A DNA stretch of 60,304 bases, filler included, from Bacteriovoracaceae bacterium (GCA_018649885.1; 5 parts of 5 records of this genome joined end to end with filler, not necessarily neighbours in it); one strand, 5' to 3'. Counted from the first letter of the whole stretch, positions 21,564 to 33,946 are shown. The notes: a model not told the origin generated them from the letters alone. Made by a program: numbers and translations.

Positions 21564-22030
21564 GATGATTCATTCCTCCTTGAAACAGATTGCCTGGAGA
21601 GATGATCGGTAGGAATAATTTGCCGCTTAAAGGGTGTTCCCCTCAATCTGGGGCATCTTAAATTGAGGGCCGAGTTTTTTGAAACGTAATTACAGCTAAC
21701 TAGAAGTTTTTAATGGTGAGAAAAATTTCCAGAACTCAGCAGTTCGACGCCTGTTGCACTTGGTTTCGTGCTATATTGCCTAGAATGAATTCTATTGCTT
21801 TCAAATGGTTATGGTTCGCCACTGGAAGTTCAGTTTAACCTAAGCGCTTTGCTCGAATATTCTCTAGTCACATTTTTTATCCGATTGGGGCGCTTTTGTT
21901 TTGACCTCCACCTCAAAGTTAATAAGAAAATCTAATGAACACTAATGAGAAAGGATTATTTTCCAAGCTCTTGCTGCTATCGCATATTGGCCTCACAGCA
22001 TTTGAAACAAAATTCCCGGAGGCGCGAATC

Positions 22031-22411
22031 ATGAAATACACATTAGTTTTAGTTACTCTTTTCTCAATATCTTCCCAATTACTCGCAAATGATTTTTCTG
22101 CTGTTTCACTTCTTCCAGACTCTTCAAACCAAGTGAAAATTTCACTTACCTCATCATTTAAAAAAGATGAGATCTGCCCACTGAGTGTCAAACAAATCAA
22201 TATTAGACCGGCGCGGATGATTGGTGGTCAAACAACAGACGTTGGAAGCGTTGATATTGTCATCACTAAAGACTTTTCAGGCTTTTGCTATATTGGTGAC
22301 GCCTTTGAGAGCAAGGTTGTTTCACTTAACCCAGGTGGCAGAGAGATTGAAAGCGGAGATTACCAACTGGTGATCAATGGTGAATACCTCAAAAATATTG
22401 AAGTAAAATAA
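22031..22411 (+). CDS. Hypothetical secreted protein
   Basis: Start refined to MKYTLVLV after GGAGG; signal peptide; two Cys. Confidence 0.7.
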   Translation: MKYTLVLVTLFSISSQLLANDFSAVSLLPDSSNQVKISLTSSFKKDEICPLSVKQINIRPARMIGGQTTDVGSVDIVITKDFSGFCYIGDAFESKVVSLNPGGREIESGDYQLVINGEYLKNIEVK

Positions 22412-24493
<2,082 letters not shown>

Positions 24494-24670
24494 ATTAAAT
24501 TGATTTGAACCTTCTTCCCTTTACCTTTTTATTGGGTGTTGGCAGTTGCCCTTGCCCTCCCAAGGTTGGTTTTCTTAGTCTAAAAGGATTCAAGAAAATT
24601 AATTTTTAGAAAACAGAAGTCTTTTTTTTTTAATCCTTAATATGTTGGGGATATTTGCAGATTAGAAGTA

Positions 24671-24809
24671 GGTCCATTCTCGACACATACTTTACATTTT
24701 ATTCTCGATACATGGTTTACACTTTTTAAGGTACTGCAAACAAAGGGGGTTGCATGCCTTGGAAGGAATCTTCGGTTATGAATGAAAGAATGAAATTCGT
24801 TATGAGAGC
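24671..24809 (+). mobile_element. IS481-family element, left end and transposase N-terminus (cut by contig end)
   Basis: Tandem subterminal boxes ATTCTCGACACATACTTTACA and ATTCTCGATACATGGTTTACA; ATG at 24754 gives MPWKESSVMNERMKFVMR, a typical IS481 transposase start. Confidence 0.8.
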
Positions 24810-24909
24810 NNNNNNNNNNNNNNNNNNNNNNNNNNNNNNNNNNNNNNNNNNNNTTAATTAATTAANNNNNNNNNNNNNNNNNNNNNNNNNNNNNNNNNNN
24901 NNNNNNNNN
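24810..24909. other. Artificial contig linker
   Basis: N44-TTAATTAATTAA-N44 (stops in all six frames). Confidence 0.97.
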
Positions 24910-25410
24910 ACAAGAGAGCTTGTGGAGAAGCTGACAGGTAAAAAACGTGCGACAAGACCCCAAACCCGATCACACTCAGATGGAAGCCTTCGCATCCACC
25001 TCACTTTAGTGGGACAAACAGCAAAAGATTATCAGTTTATTAAAGAGCAGCTTTCAAATAAGGGTCTTTACAGTACAGAAGATATCATCGGACACGCCAT
25101 CACGGAGGCGGCAGCTACTATTAGAAAAAAGATCGCTTCACTTGGGTCTAGAAAATCAAAACCTATGACAAACTCCAGAACCATCTCAGCTGCTATCAAA
25201 AAAGCGGTGATAACAAGATCAGGCAATATGTGCGAAAATTGTGGATCAAAATACAACCTGCATTTTGATCACACTACTCCCCATAGTGTTGGGGGAGCGT
25301 CGGCGATTGGGAACCTGCGCCACTTATGCTCAAATTGCAATGCAAGGGCCGCCATAGTGGCACTCTCGCAACAGAAAATGGATCTCTATATAAATCAGAG
25401 CGAGAGTTAG
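24910..25410 (+). CDS. HNH endonuclease (C-terminal HNH domain), 5' truncated
   Basis: CENC...HFDH..P...GG....NL..LC..CN; frame open back to the gap. Confidence 0.85.
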   Translation, partial: TRELVEKLTGKKRATRPQTRSHSDGSLRIHLTLVGQTAKDYQFIKEQLSNKGLYSTEDIIGHAITEAAATIRKKIASLGSRKSKPMTNSRTISAAIKKAVITRSGNMCENCGSKYNLHFDHTTPHSVGGASAIGNLRHLCSNCNARAAIVALSQQKMDLYINQSES

Positions 25411-25894
25411 CTAGACTCCCACAGTTTTTTCTTTTGCCTTGCTCTTCAGGACCGAGTTGCACCTAAAAACCCCATCCACAAAACCGCCTGCGGTGGAACA
25501 CACTAAGAGAAGCAAACTCCGCCGGAGTGGCCGTAAGGTGCGGCTTCGCGAGTACCACCCATAAAACACCGAACTCTCATCAAGGCCTATTAATACCACC
25601 AAAACTACATGCGCCCCTTACCATAAGAGTATTTACTACCACTGGAAACCATTTCAGCTAGAGCGAGATATCAATAAAAGATCACACCTCTTAAAAACCT
25701 TCGCCTTGATAGAAGCCCCCACCACCTTAGTTACTAAATCCCACGAAATTTCCTAGGGCGTGCAACCCAACTCCATTGAAGGTTCAAGCAATCACAGGCA
25801 GTATCGTTTCCTTCCAATAAAAAACCAGTAGTTGAAATGGTCAACTTCTTTTATCAACACCGATTTATGAGACAGAATCTGCTATCGAAATATA

Positions 25895-27454
25895 TTAGCT
25901 AGGTGAAATGACCCGGCCTTTTTGCTCTGGAGTAGGGACAAATTCCGGCTGCCTTTGCTCTACCACAACATCAGAAAGCTCACCTGTCATAGTGATCAAG
26001 TGGTGACCTCTGATGGACATGGCCAGTGCAAGACCCATAAATTTGGGTTTGGTGAAAAGAGTTTTTAGCATGAATTTGATATAGTGGATGCCGTAGCTAC
26101 TTCGAGGTTGGTTGAACACTGATTTCAAGACAGCAGCCACATCTCCTTTTCTTGGTTTAGTGAAATTGAACCTTCTTCCATTTAAACGACTTATGAGAAG
26201 TGAGCACCTTTCAAAGTAGGTCTTTGGATCAAAAATATCCATCAGGACTCTTTTGTATCCTTCAATAAGTTTGTCTTTGTCCATTTTAGGAATGAAATTG
26301 ACTTCAAGGCCATGGGTTTGATTTCCACTGGCACCAAATAAAAGTCTATTTTCTTTTTCCATTCTTCTGGAGAGTTGAGTGTGAGGCATGGCCTGTAGAA
26401 TTCCTAGCATTGCAGTGGGAACTCCCGATTGCTTTATGAATTCAATTTGTCTATCAAATATATCTTCTTCATCACTGTCAAAACCCACGATAAATCCACC
26501 AGTGACTTCTAGCCCACTTTTTTGGATTTTGATTATTGAGTCCAGTAGATTTCCTTTGAGGTTTTGTATTTTGTTACAGGCCTCAAGGGATTCTAGTGAA
26601 GGTGTCTCAATTCCAATAAAGACCATATTAAAGCCGGCTTCATACATCAAATCGAGTAGATTATCGTCATCTGCCAAATTGATGGAGGCCTCTGTGTGAA
26701 AAGTAAAAGGAAGCTTTCGTCTCTTTTGCCACTTAATGACTTCAGGCAGAAGCTCTCTTACGCTTTTTTTATTGCCTATGAAATTGTCATCAACAATAAA
26801 AACCTCACCTTTGTAACCTGTTTGGTAGAGAGCTTCTAATTCAGCAACTAATTGGGTTGGTGTTTTTACTCGCGGCTTTCTACCAAAGAGCTCTATAATA
26901 TCGCAAAACTCGCAGTTAAAAGGACAGCCACGTGAATATTGAATGGCCATTGTGCCATAGAGGTTGTGATCGAGAAGAGAAAAGTCGGGAACAGGTGTAT
27001 CCGTTAGTGAAGGTTTTGTATCATCGAGATAGACAGGCTTTGCTACACCATTTTTAAAGTCTTTTAAAAATTTTGGAAGTGTGATCTCTGCTTCGTTGAG
27101 AACAAAGTGATCTATTCCTTCTATCTCATCATATGAATGAGTGGGGTGAGGGCCACCAGCAACAATGGGTTTGCCAAATTTTTTGACTCTTTTGACCACC
27201 TCTTTTAGAGAGTCTCTATGGATGATCATGGTCGAAGTCATGACTAGATCGGCATTTTGAATATCTTCATCCGTAAGCTCGACTACGTTCATATCTATCA
27301 GCTTAACGTGGTAATCTTTTGGTAGCATCGCCGCTATTGTAATGAGACCTAGAGGAGGGTGGGTAGATTTTCTAACAGTATAAGTTAATGCGTGCTTAAA
27401 GCTCCAAAATGTAGTGGGGTTTTCTGGGTAAACTAGTAGGACATTAGTACTCAT
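25895..27454 (-). CDS. B12-binding radical SAM protein (DUF4070-type)
   Basis: PPLGL, VAGGPH, RGCPFNCEFC, VDDNFIGN, GGFIVGFD. Confidence 0.92.
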   Translation of the reverse strand: MSTNVLLVYPENPTTFWSFKHALTYTVRKSTHPPLGLITIAAMLPKDYHVKLIDMNVVELTDEDIQNADLVMTSTMIIHRDSLKEVVKRVKKFGKPIVAGGPHPTHSYDEIEGIDHFVLNEAEITLPKFLKDFKNGVAKPVYLDDTKPSLTDTPVPDFSLLDHNLYGTMAIQYSRGCPFNCEFCDIIELFGRKPRVKTPTQLVAELEALYQTGYKGEVFIVDDNFIGNKKSVRELLPEVIKWQKRRKLPFTFHTEASINLADDDNLLDLMYEAGFNMVFIGIETPSLESLEACNKIQNLKGNLLDSIIKIQKSGLEVTGGFIVGFDSDEEDIFDRQIEFIKQSGVPTAMLGILQAMPHTQLSRRMEKENRLLFGASGNQTHGLEVNFIPKMDKDKLIEGYKRVLMDIFDPKTYFERCSLLISRLNGRRFNFTKPRKGDVAAVLKSVFNQPRSSYGIHYIKFMLKTLFTKPKFMGLALAMSIRGHHLITMTGELSDVVVEQRQPEFVPTPEQKGRVISPS

Positions 27455-27645
27455 GTAAATCTCATTTTTAAGGTGAAAGTAAAGTTAAGTATAGTTTAAA
27501 TCAGAAGTATATATGAAAGAGAATGTGTTAAGAAAAGATTAATTTTGTTCGACTGAAAGACCATACCCGATAGATTAGTTTTTGTTCAGAAGTATGTTGT
27601 ATCTCATGTATTTGGCCAAATACGAATTTTGAATTGTGCTGCAAA

Positions 27646-29181
27646 CTAGGTGGACGCCTTTTGATGTTTCTTCCATTTTCCTCTGACAAAAAGAAGCTCA
27701 GAGAAAAGTCTCATATACCTGGTATTTTCCCTGCCAGTGGTGACGAAATCAAATAGGTTAAATAATAATCTCCAAGGTCTTCTGGCGATAGAAATAAAAT
27801 AGAAATTAAAAAAGCACCAAATCATCCAGCGGTTGAGCTCTTTTTCGGAAAGTTCATCACAGTATGACTGTCCATTAGAGTCAAAGAAGTTGATCATTTT
27901 AGCAGTGTTATTAAATGAAGTTCGCACCTTTTGCTTTTGGGCCAATTGTTTGTAGTAGGGGGAGCCAGGGTAAGGAGTAAATTTTGAGACTGTAATATCA
28001 TCAACACCAATCGATGCTAATTTTCTTACAAGACTCAAGGTTTTTTTCAGACTCTCTTTTGTATCTTCGGGAAAGCCTATGACAAAAAAGACTCCAAAGG
28101 TCATTTTTGTTTTGACTATCATTTTTACTACTTCAAGAAATTTTGGAATTTTAATTTGTTTATTTATAGTTTTTAAAATCTCTTCTGAGCCTGATTCGGG
28201 TGCTAGGGCAAAGTTTTTTAGACCTGATTTTTCAAGGAGCTCTAAAAGATCAGCATCAAAGGCCTCACATCTTGTTCCTGCAGGGATTTGATAGTTAATT
28301 TTTAAATTTCTATTTATCAACTCCCTCGCGAAATCTATAGTTTTCTTTTTATTGACGATAAATGTTGAATCCATAAAAGTGAAACCATTAACATTGTATT
28401 TTTTTGCCATCAGTTGCATTTCATCTACTATGTCTTTTCCATCTCTCATGACGTAGCGTCTGGTCCACATACTCTCATTAGAGCAGAATGTGCAGGCGTA
28501 GGGACAGCCTCTAGAACCTAATATAGGCATGGACCTTCCAAGGTTTATGCCTGTTACTTGGGCCCAATTAATATAATTTTTTATGGACCAGCTATCCCAG
28601 TCAGGATAGGGGAACCCGTCTATTTCAGAAATTCTTTTTCGCGGCAGATTTTTTACCATTAGACCATTTTGATTTTGGTATATAATGCCTTCAATCCCTG
28701 TCCAGTCTTCACCGGCCAAAACCTTTTGGCAAAGTTCATAAAAACTTTCTTCGCCCTCACCATAAACAATGGCATCAAAGTTTTCATTGTCCAAAACATC
28801 TTCAGGTATAGCGGTGGGGTGCTCTCCTCCGGTAACTATAAAAATATGGGGGTAGCGCTTTTTAATGGCAATTGCCAAGTCGCTAACTAGGGGTTGGGAT
28901 TGAGTAAAAAGGCAAGTCAATCCCACAATTTTTGTATCAGTAGAGAGTCGGTCTAGTACTTGATCGTTAGATAGACCTTGGATCAAGATATTATCAGATC
29001 CTTTATAGGGGGCAATCTGTGATAGGCTCTCCCCGCAAGCATCAATGCATTCGCACTCAAGGCCTTTTTGCTTAATATAGGCGCTTAAGTAGGCAAGCCC
29101 TATAGGGGGCGATGGAGACTGAAGCTGAATGCCAGATTTAACTTTCAATCCTTGATGATTGATAAGTGCAATACTTCTCAT
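27646..29181 (-). CDS. B12-binding radical SAM protein
   Basis: PPIGLAYL, GGEHPT, GEGE, RGCPYACTFC; start refined to ATG 29181 after AGGA. Confidence 0.9.
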   Translation of the reverse strand: MRSIALINHQGLKVKSGIQLQSPSPPIGLAYLSAYIKQKGLECECIDACGESLSQIAPYKGSDNILIQGLSNDQVLDRLSTDTKIVGLTCLFTQSQPLVSDLAIAIKKRYPHIFIVTGGEHPTAIPEDVLDNENFDAIVYGEGEESFYELCQKVLAGEDWTGIEGIIYQNQNGLMVKNLPRKRISEIDGFPYPDWDSWSIKNYINWAQVTGINLGRSMPILGSRGCPYACTFCSNESMWTRRYVMRDGKDIVDEMQLMAKKYNVNGFTFMDSTFIVNKKKTIDFARELINRNLKINYQIPAGTRCEAFDADLLELLEKSGLKNFALAPESGSEEILKTINKQIKIPKFLEVVKMIVKTKMTFGVFFVIGFPEDTKESLKKTLSLVRKLASIGVDDITVSKFTPYPGSPYYKQLAQKQKVRTSFNNTAKMINFFDSNGQSYCDELSEKELNRWMIWCFFNFYFISIARRPWRLLFNLFDFVTTGRENTRYMRLFSELLFVRGKWKKHQKAST

Positions 29182-29268
29182 GAAATTCCTTGAGTTCCCG
29201 AAATTATAATGAGGATAAGGCCATTCGTCGAGAATCAATGGATGAATAAAATTACGCCGCCAAGAGAC

Positions 29269-30321
29269 TTACTGAGGTTTCCCTAACTTATGGATACCTT
29301 TGTCAGTCATTTTATTGGCCCAGTCCATATCTCGACCTTGATGGCAGCCAAGGCAGGCAAAATCAAGGGTGATGAAATTTTTAGAAAAAGGTTTATTGGT
29401 CTTATCTTTGTAGAACATCTTTTCTTTTTTTGAGGTGTTAATATTGATAATGTGGGCCCTAATATCTCCTATATATTTTCCTTTGTTAGTAGCGGATTTT
29501 ACTGCCTTTGGCATATGGCATTCAACACAGCTAACGCCTGCTTTTTCCATGGTGCTCTCTTTATAGTCCATGGCGACTGTTTCGTGGCAACTTTGACAAG
29601 ACTTCTTAATACCGAACTTGGCCTTGGCATGAGGGTTGTGGCATTGGGTGCAAGAGAGCTTTTTGTGTCCCCCTGACAGAAGTGAGTTGTACTGCTCATG
29701 GTGTCGAATAAATCCCTTGCTGGAGGGGATGCTTTCAAGTTTGCCTCTGTAATGGCAGGCGCCACAGGCCTTGGATGATTTATCGACAATTATATCTTCG
29801 GGCCTTTTTGTTAGGGAATGTTTTGCGCCGGGTCCATGGCAAGCTTCACACTGTACGCCTGGGAATTTCCAAGTACCGATGATTCCCTCAAGTTTGTCTT
29901 GGTGGCCTGATTTTTCATAACCGGTGGTATGGCAACGCCCACAGTCATAGGGTTTTTTCTCGCCCTTATGATAAAAGCTCCATGTTCCATCTTCTAGATT
30001 ATACTGAGTTTTAAGCTCTTCACCTTTTTTTCCACTGGTGATGATATATCCTTTTTTGTCTAAGAATCGCGCCTTTTTGTAAACACCCCCAATTACATAA
30101 GAAATGTCATTCCAGTTGTACCCTTTTGGTAAGGGGATTTGCCTTTTTCTGGCGTCAGAGGCCTTTGAAAGCTTATAAGGGTGAGATGAAACAACAAACA
30201 GGTTGTACTGCTCGGCATGACACGGCATGCAGCTACTAGATCCTGAATAATTTTTGGCGACTACCTTTTGATGAAGTAGGAGCGCCATAGCGAATGTAAC
30301 AAGTAGAGTCAGATTTTTCAT
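29269..30321 (-). CDS. Periplasmic octaheme c-type cytochrome
   Basis: Signal peptide and 8 CxxCH motifs (CMPCH, CGRCH, CEACH, CGACH, CTQCH, CQSCH, CVECH, CLGCH). Confidence 0.92.
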   Translation of the reverse strand: MKNLTLLVTFAMALLLHQKVVAKNYSGSSSCMPCHAEQYNLFVVSSHPYKLSKASDARKRQIPLPKGYNWNDISYVIGGVYKKARFLDKKGYIITSGKKGEELKTQYNLEDGTWSFYHKGEKKPYDCGRCHTTGYEKSGHQDKLEGIIGTWKFPGVQCEACHGPGAKHSLTKRPEDIIVDKSSKACGACHYRGKLESIPSSKGFIRHHEQYNSLLSGGHKKLSCTQCHNPHAKAKFGIKKSCQSCHETVAMDYKESTMEKAGVSCVECHMPKAVKSATNKGKYIGDIRAHIININTSKKEKMFYKDKTNKPFSKNFITLDFACLGCHQGRDMDWANKMTDKGIHKLGKPQ

Positions 30322-30371
30322 AGCAGGATGCTATAATAAAATTTCTAAAAAATGTATGAATTATTTTTAGG

Positions 30372-31838
30372 TTATGAAGCTATCTGCAGGTCTTTTTTGC
30401 TGACCTTGGTAAGTGTAATCATAAATTGAGTGTTGGCACTGCTTTCTATGTAGTTTAGGTCGCCACCTTGGGACACTATAAGATTTCTTGAAACGCTAAG
30501 TCCTAAACCTGTTCCCTTGCCGACTTCTTTTGATGTGAATAGAGGCTCCATCATTTTTTCCGCCACCTCTTTAGGAATTTTAATCCCCGAATCAGTTATT
30601 GATATTTGGAGCTGTTGATCATCACTATCTGTGGATTCAATAATGATCCATTTATCGCCAGTTTTTTGGTCCTCTAGTGCATGGATTGAATTTTCGATAA
30701 GGTTAATGAAGACTTGCGAAAGTTGGGCAGAGTTACTCAAAACATGGTGAGAAGGATCGGTTTTGATAACTAATTCAATTTTATTTTGAGTAAGGGAATC
30801 TTTGAACTGAAAAATAGATTCATCAACTGTTTTCTCAATGCTTACCGCTTCTAAATCTTCTTGAGTAGGATTACTCGTGAGTGATCTCAAGCCTTTTACA
30901 ATCTTTGCAGTTCGGGAAACATTTTCTCGGATTTTTTCAATAAAGTCTTCGATTTTTTTGTAGTCGGTGTTTGGTTTAGAAAATTCAATAATTGAACGTA
31001 AGGCAAGGCCATCAATTATACAAATGGGGTTGTTGATTTCATGGGCAACTCCTCCGGCCATCTCTCCAAGGGAGGCCAATTTTTTTGCATTGTGAAGCTG
31101 TCGTTGTTGATTTTGAATCTTTTGGTTTTGTCTTAATAATTTCTTCTCTCCTTCGAAAATAAAGGCCAAAAGAATGAGATAGATTCCAAAGCTGCCAACA
31201 ATAGAAAATATCGTTATATTTTGAATCTCAGAGTTTATTTCGTTTATTGAATCAGTCACATCGAAGTAGAGCTCAAAGACTGCTTTTGTTTTTTTAGTCT
31301 CGTGATCTTTTATAGGAAGATAGCTTGCGAGCACATGAATGTTGGCCCTAGTATCCCAGATGCCTTCAAACTTATCTCTGGAAGAGAATTTCGAAATGGG
31401 GAGACCTGTCTTGGCCGAAATACTTCCAGAGTAGGTTGCAGATTTGACTTTTCCTAGTTGAGTAAAATCAGTGGAAAAAATCGTCTTTGCTTTTAAATCA
31501 TAAATTTTAACTTTTAATATATTTTTTGAATTTTTTAAAAGATTTTTTAAGTCAAGGTTAATGTGATTTATTTCTGGATGTTTTGTCAGCTGCTCTTTTG
31601 TTAAGTTTGGTGCAGTATTGATGAGAAAAACTTCATGGCCGGGCCACACATTTTCCATTATCACATTTGTCATTACAGAACCAACTTCTTCGTGAGTGTT
31701 CTTTAACCCGTCTTTGAAAACCTTACTTTGATAATTAGTAGAAATAATTATACCCGCCGAAAAAAATAACAGCGCAACAATAGAATAGGCCTTAGTAAGT
31801 TGATACTTTTTCAATAGTAATGCCTCAATTGGATTCAA
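30372..31838 (-). CDS. Membrane sensor histidine kinase (NtrB-like)
   Basis: Two TM helices; AHEINNP, NLIENS, DSG, LFTSK, GTGLGLS. Confidence 0.93.
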   Translation of the reverse strand: MNPIEALLLKKYQLTKAYSIVALLFFSAGIIISTNYQSKVFKDGLKNTHEEVGSVMTNVIMENVWPGHEVFLINTAPNLTKEQLTKHPEINHINLDLKNLLKNSKNILKVKIYDLKAKTIFSTDFTQLGKVKSATYSGSISAKTGLPISKFSSRDKFEGIWDTRANIHVLASYLPIKDHETKKTKAVFELYFDVTDSINEINSEIQNITIFSIVGSFGIYLILLAFIFEGEKKLLRQNQKIQNQQRQLHNAKKLASLGEMAGGVAHEINNPICIIDGLALRSIIEFSKPNTDYKKIEDFIEKIRENVSRTAKIVKGLRSLTSNPTQEDLEAVSIEKTVDESIFQFKDSLTQNKIELVIKTDPSHHVLSNSAQLSQVFINLIENSIHALEDQKTGDKWIIIESTDSDDQQLQISITDSGIKIPKEVAEKMMEPLFTSKEVGKGTGLGLSVSRNLIVSQGGDLNYIESSANTQFMITLTKVSKKDLQIAS

Positions 31839-31848
31839 CCTCTTTTGT

Positions 31849-31878
31849 AATATCGGTAATCCAGGGAGAGTAATTTAA
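31849..31878 (-). promoter_or_regulatory. Possible sigma28 (FliA)-type promoter for the histidine kinase
   Basis: Minus strand TAAA-N16-ACCGATAT versus consensus TAAA-N15-GCCGATAA. Confidence 0.3.
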
Positions 31879-31908
31879 GAAATTTTCCTGAAGTTAGGGA
31901 AATAAAAT

Positions 31909-33846
31909 TTATTGAAGCAAGCAAATAACTCGGGCCTTTAGAGTACAAGTACTTGTACCACCTTTTCTCTTTGCCTGACATTTCCAGTTGTCTTTATTAG
32001 TAGTATCACCCCAGCCAGAGTAGACTAATTCCCATTGCCCGCAACCAGTGACCTGGCAAGATCCTCCAGTGGCTATATATGTTGACCCACACTCAGACAG
32101 CTTGGTAACGGTAGTGCCCGTAAAATTGATACCTGCTGAGAGAACCTGTTTAAAGTCAGCATGAGCAAAATTCATCTCACTGCTTCCAACAGCGTTTGCA
32201 GCGATCTCAGCAGCCCCAACACCGTTGGTGGCAATCTCAGAAGTTCCTACAGCACCAGTGGCTATTTCTGAAGCCCCTACCGCATCTGCAGCAATTTCGC
32301 TAGCAGTAACAGAGTTGGCCGCTAGGTCTGTGGCCGTTAGTGAATTGTCTACAACTTCAGCTGAGCCTACTGCACCTGTAGCAATTTCACTGGCCGTAAC
32401 AGAATTAGCTGCTAAGTCAGTTGCTGTAAGTGAATTGTCCACAACTTCGGCAGAACCAACTCCGTTTGTCACAATCTCATTGACACCCACAGAATTATTT
32501 TGCAACTCGGATGATCCAATTGCATCGGCAGCGACATCAACGGCAGTGATAGTATCTACAGCGATATCTGCACCCGTAACGGAACCATCAGAAATTTTCA
32601 CACTATTGACGGCATTATTTGTGATCTTGGCATTGGTGACATTGGCATTGGCGATAAGTGCAGTGGTTACACCCAGGGCCTTGATTCGAACTTGATCTGC
32701 ATTGATTTCAAGTGAAAGCCCGTCAGGGTTGACGTTGAAGGTTCTATTATTTGTTAAGTCTCCTCCACCTGTTAGCCCTGCACCTGCGGTCATCGTTGTT
32801 GTTCCTACAGCAGCTCCGATATCTGCGGGAACTGCTCCTGCTTTACTTATTTTAGTCCAAGCAATAGCAGCGGCAGCATTAATATCTACATTGGCAATTG
32901 TGCCGTTTGTGATTTCACCTGTTTCAATGCTGGTCCCAAGAGCGAGACCTGTATCACTATCGTTTGCTGGCTCCCATTTACTTGCTCCATTATTCCATTT
33001 TAAAACTTGTCCATTGGTGGGGGCCACTGTTGTGGTGTCAACATCTGCTATGTGATCTACAGTTGAGCCAACCTTGGAAATTTTTCCCCAGTTAATGGCC
33101 GCACCGGCATTGATATCGATATCTAATATACTTCCATTATTTATTTTCAATGATCCTACAGAGCCTGTGCTGAGCTTCGCATTGGTGATCCCACCGTCTT
33201 TAACTCTAATAGCGTCTGCATTAACTTCCATGGTAGCGCCATCAACATTGACATTAAAAACTCTGTCGGCAGCAAGAGTACCTCCACCAGTAAGCCCTGC
33301 TCCTGCAGCGAGGTTTCTTCCAGCGGGAGCGGCGCCCACGTCGGCAGCTCCTGCTCCGGCCTTGTCAATTTTACCCCAAGCAATCGCTGCTCCTGCATTA
33401 ATGTCAGCATTAGCAATAGTGCCGTCTGTAATTTCTCCAGTTTCAATGCTGGCACCTAGAGTGGAAACTGTATCACTATCATTGGCCGGCTCCCATTTGC
33501 TGGCGCCATTATTCCATTTTAAGACTTGTCCATTAGTAGGTGCAGATGTTGTAGTGTCCACATCGGGGAGATCATCAACAGAGGCTCCCGTTTTGGAAAT
33601 TTTAGTCCAAGCGATGGCAGCCGCTGCATTGACATCGGCATTATCAATGGTGCCATCAGTAATCTCACCAGTTTCAATACTTGCTCCAAGGGCCGAAACA
33701 GTATCGCTGTCCGCGGCCGGCTCCCATTTACTAGCGCCATTATTCCACTTTAAGACCTGTCCATTTGTTGGTGCAGATGTTGTGGTATCCACATCGGCCA
33801 GAACATCGACAGATGATCCAGTCCAATTAAGTTTTGTCAGGGCGAT
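31909..33846 (-). CDS. Fibre-like repetitive adhesin (phage tail-fibre-like), 5' truncated
   Basis: Three DVDTTT.APTNGQVLKWNNGASKWEPA.D repeats, AGAGLTGGG motifs, 10-aa IA..AVG.SE repeats, Cys-rich C-terminal head; frame open to the gap. Confidence 0.85.
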   Translation of the reverse strand: MALTKLNWTGSSVDVLADVDTTTSAPTNGQVLKWNNGASKWEPAADSDTVSALGASIETGEITDGTIDNADVNAAAAIAWTKISKTGASVDDLPDVDTTTSAPTNGQVLKWNNGASKWEPANDSDTVSTLGASIETGEITDGTIANADINAGAAIAWGKIDKAGAGAADVGAAPAGRNLAAGAGLTGGGTLAADRVFNVNVDGATMEVNADAIRVKDGGITNAKLSTGSVGSLKINNGSILDIDINAGAAINWGKISKVGSTVDHIADVDTTTVAPTNGQVLKWNNGASKWEPANDSDTGLALGTSIETGEITNGTIANVDINAAAAIAWTKISKAGAVPADIGAAVGTTTMTAGAGLTGGGDLTNNRTFNVNPDGLSLEINADQVRIKALGVTTALIANANVTNAKITNNAVNSVKISDGSVTGADIAVDTITAVDVAADAIGSSELQNNSVGVNEIVTNGVGSAEVVDNSLTATDLAANSVTASEIATGAVGSAEVVDNSLTATDLAANSVTASEIAADAVGASEIATGAVGTSEIATNGVGAAEIAANAVGSSEMNFAHADFKQVLSAGINFTGTTVTKLSECGSTYIATGGSCQVTGCGQWELVYSGWGDTTNKDNWKCQAKRKGGTSTCTLKARVICLLQ

Positions 33847-33946
33847 NNNNNNNNNNNNNNNNNNNNNNNNNNNNNNNNNNNNNNNNNNNNTTAATTAATT
33901 AANNNNNNNNNNNNNNNNNNNNNNNNNNNNNNNNNNNNNNNNNNNN
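33847..33946. other. Artificial contig linker
   Basis: N44-TTAATTAATTAA-N44. Confidence 0.97.

Noticed and set aside
24854..24865. TTAATTAATTAA palindromes inside N runs
   Set aside because: Synthetic linker, not biological
24910..25410. HNH as IscB/Cas9 or as part of the IS481
   Set aside because: No RuvC motifs visible, and it is separated from the IS481 end by an artificial linker
32225..33898. Plus-strand ORFs of 117-274 aa
   Set aside because: Antisense to the repetitive fibre gene; one runs into Ns
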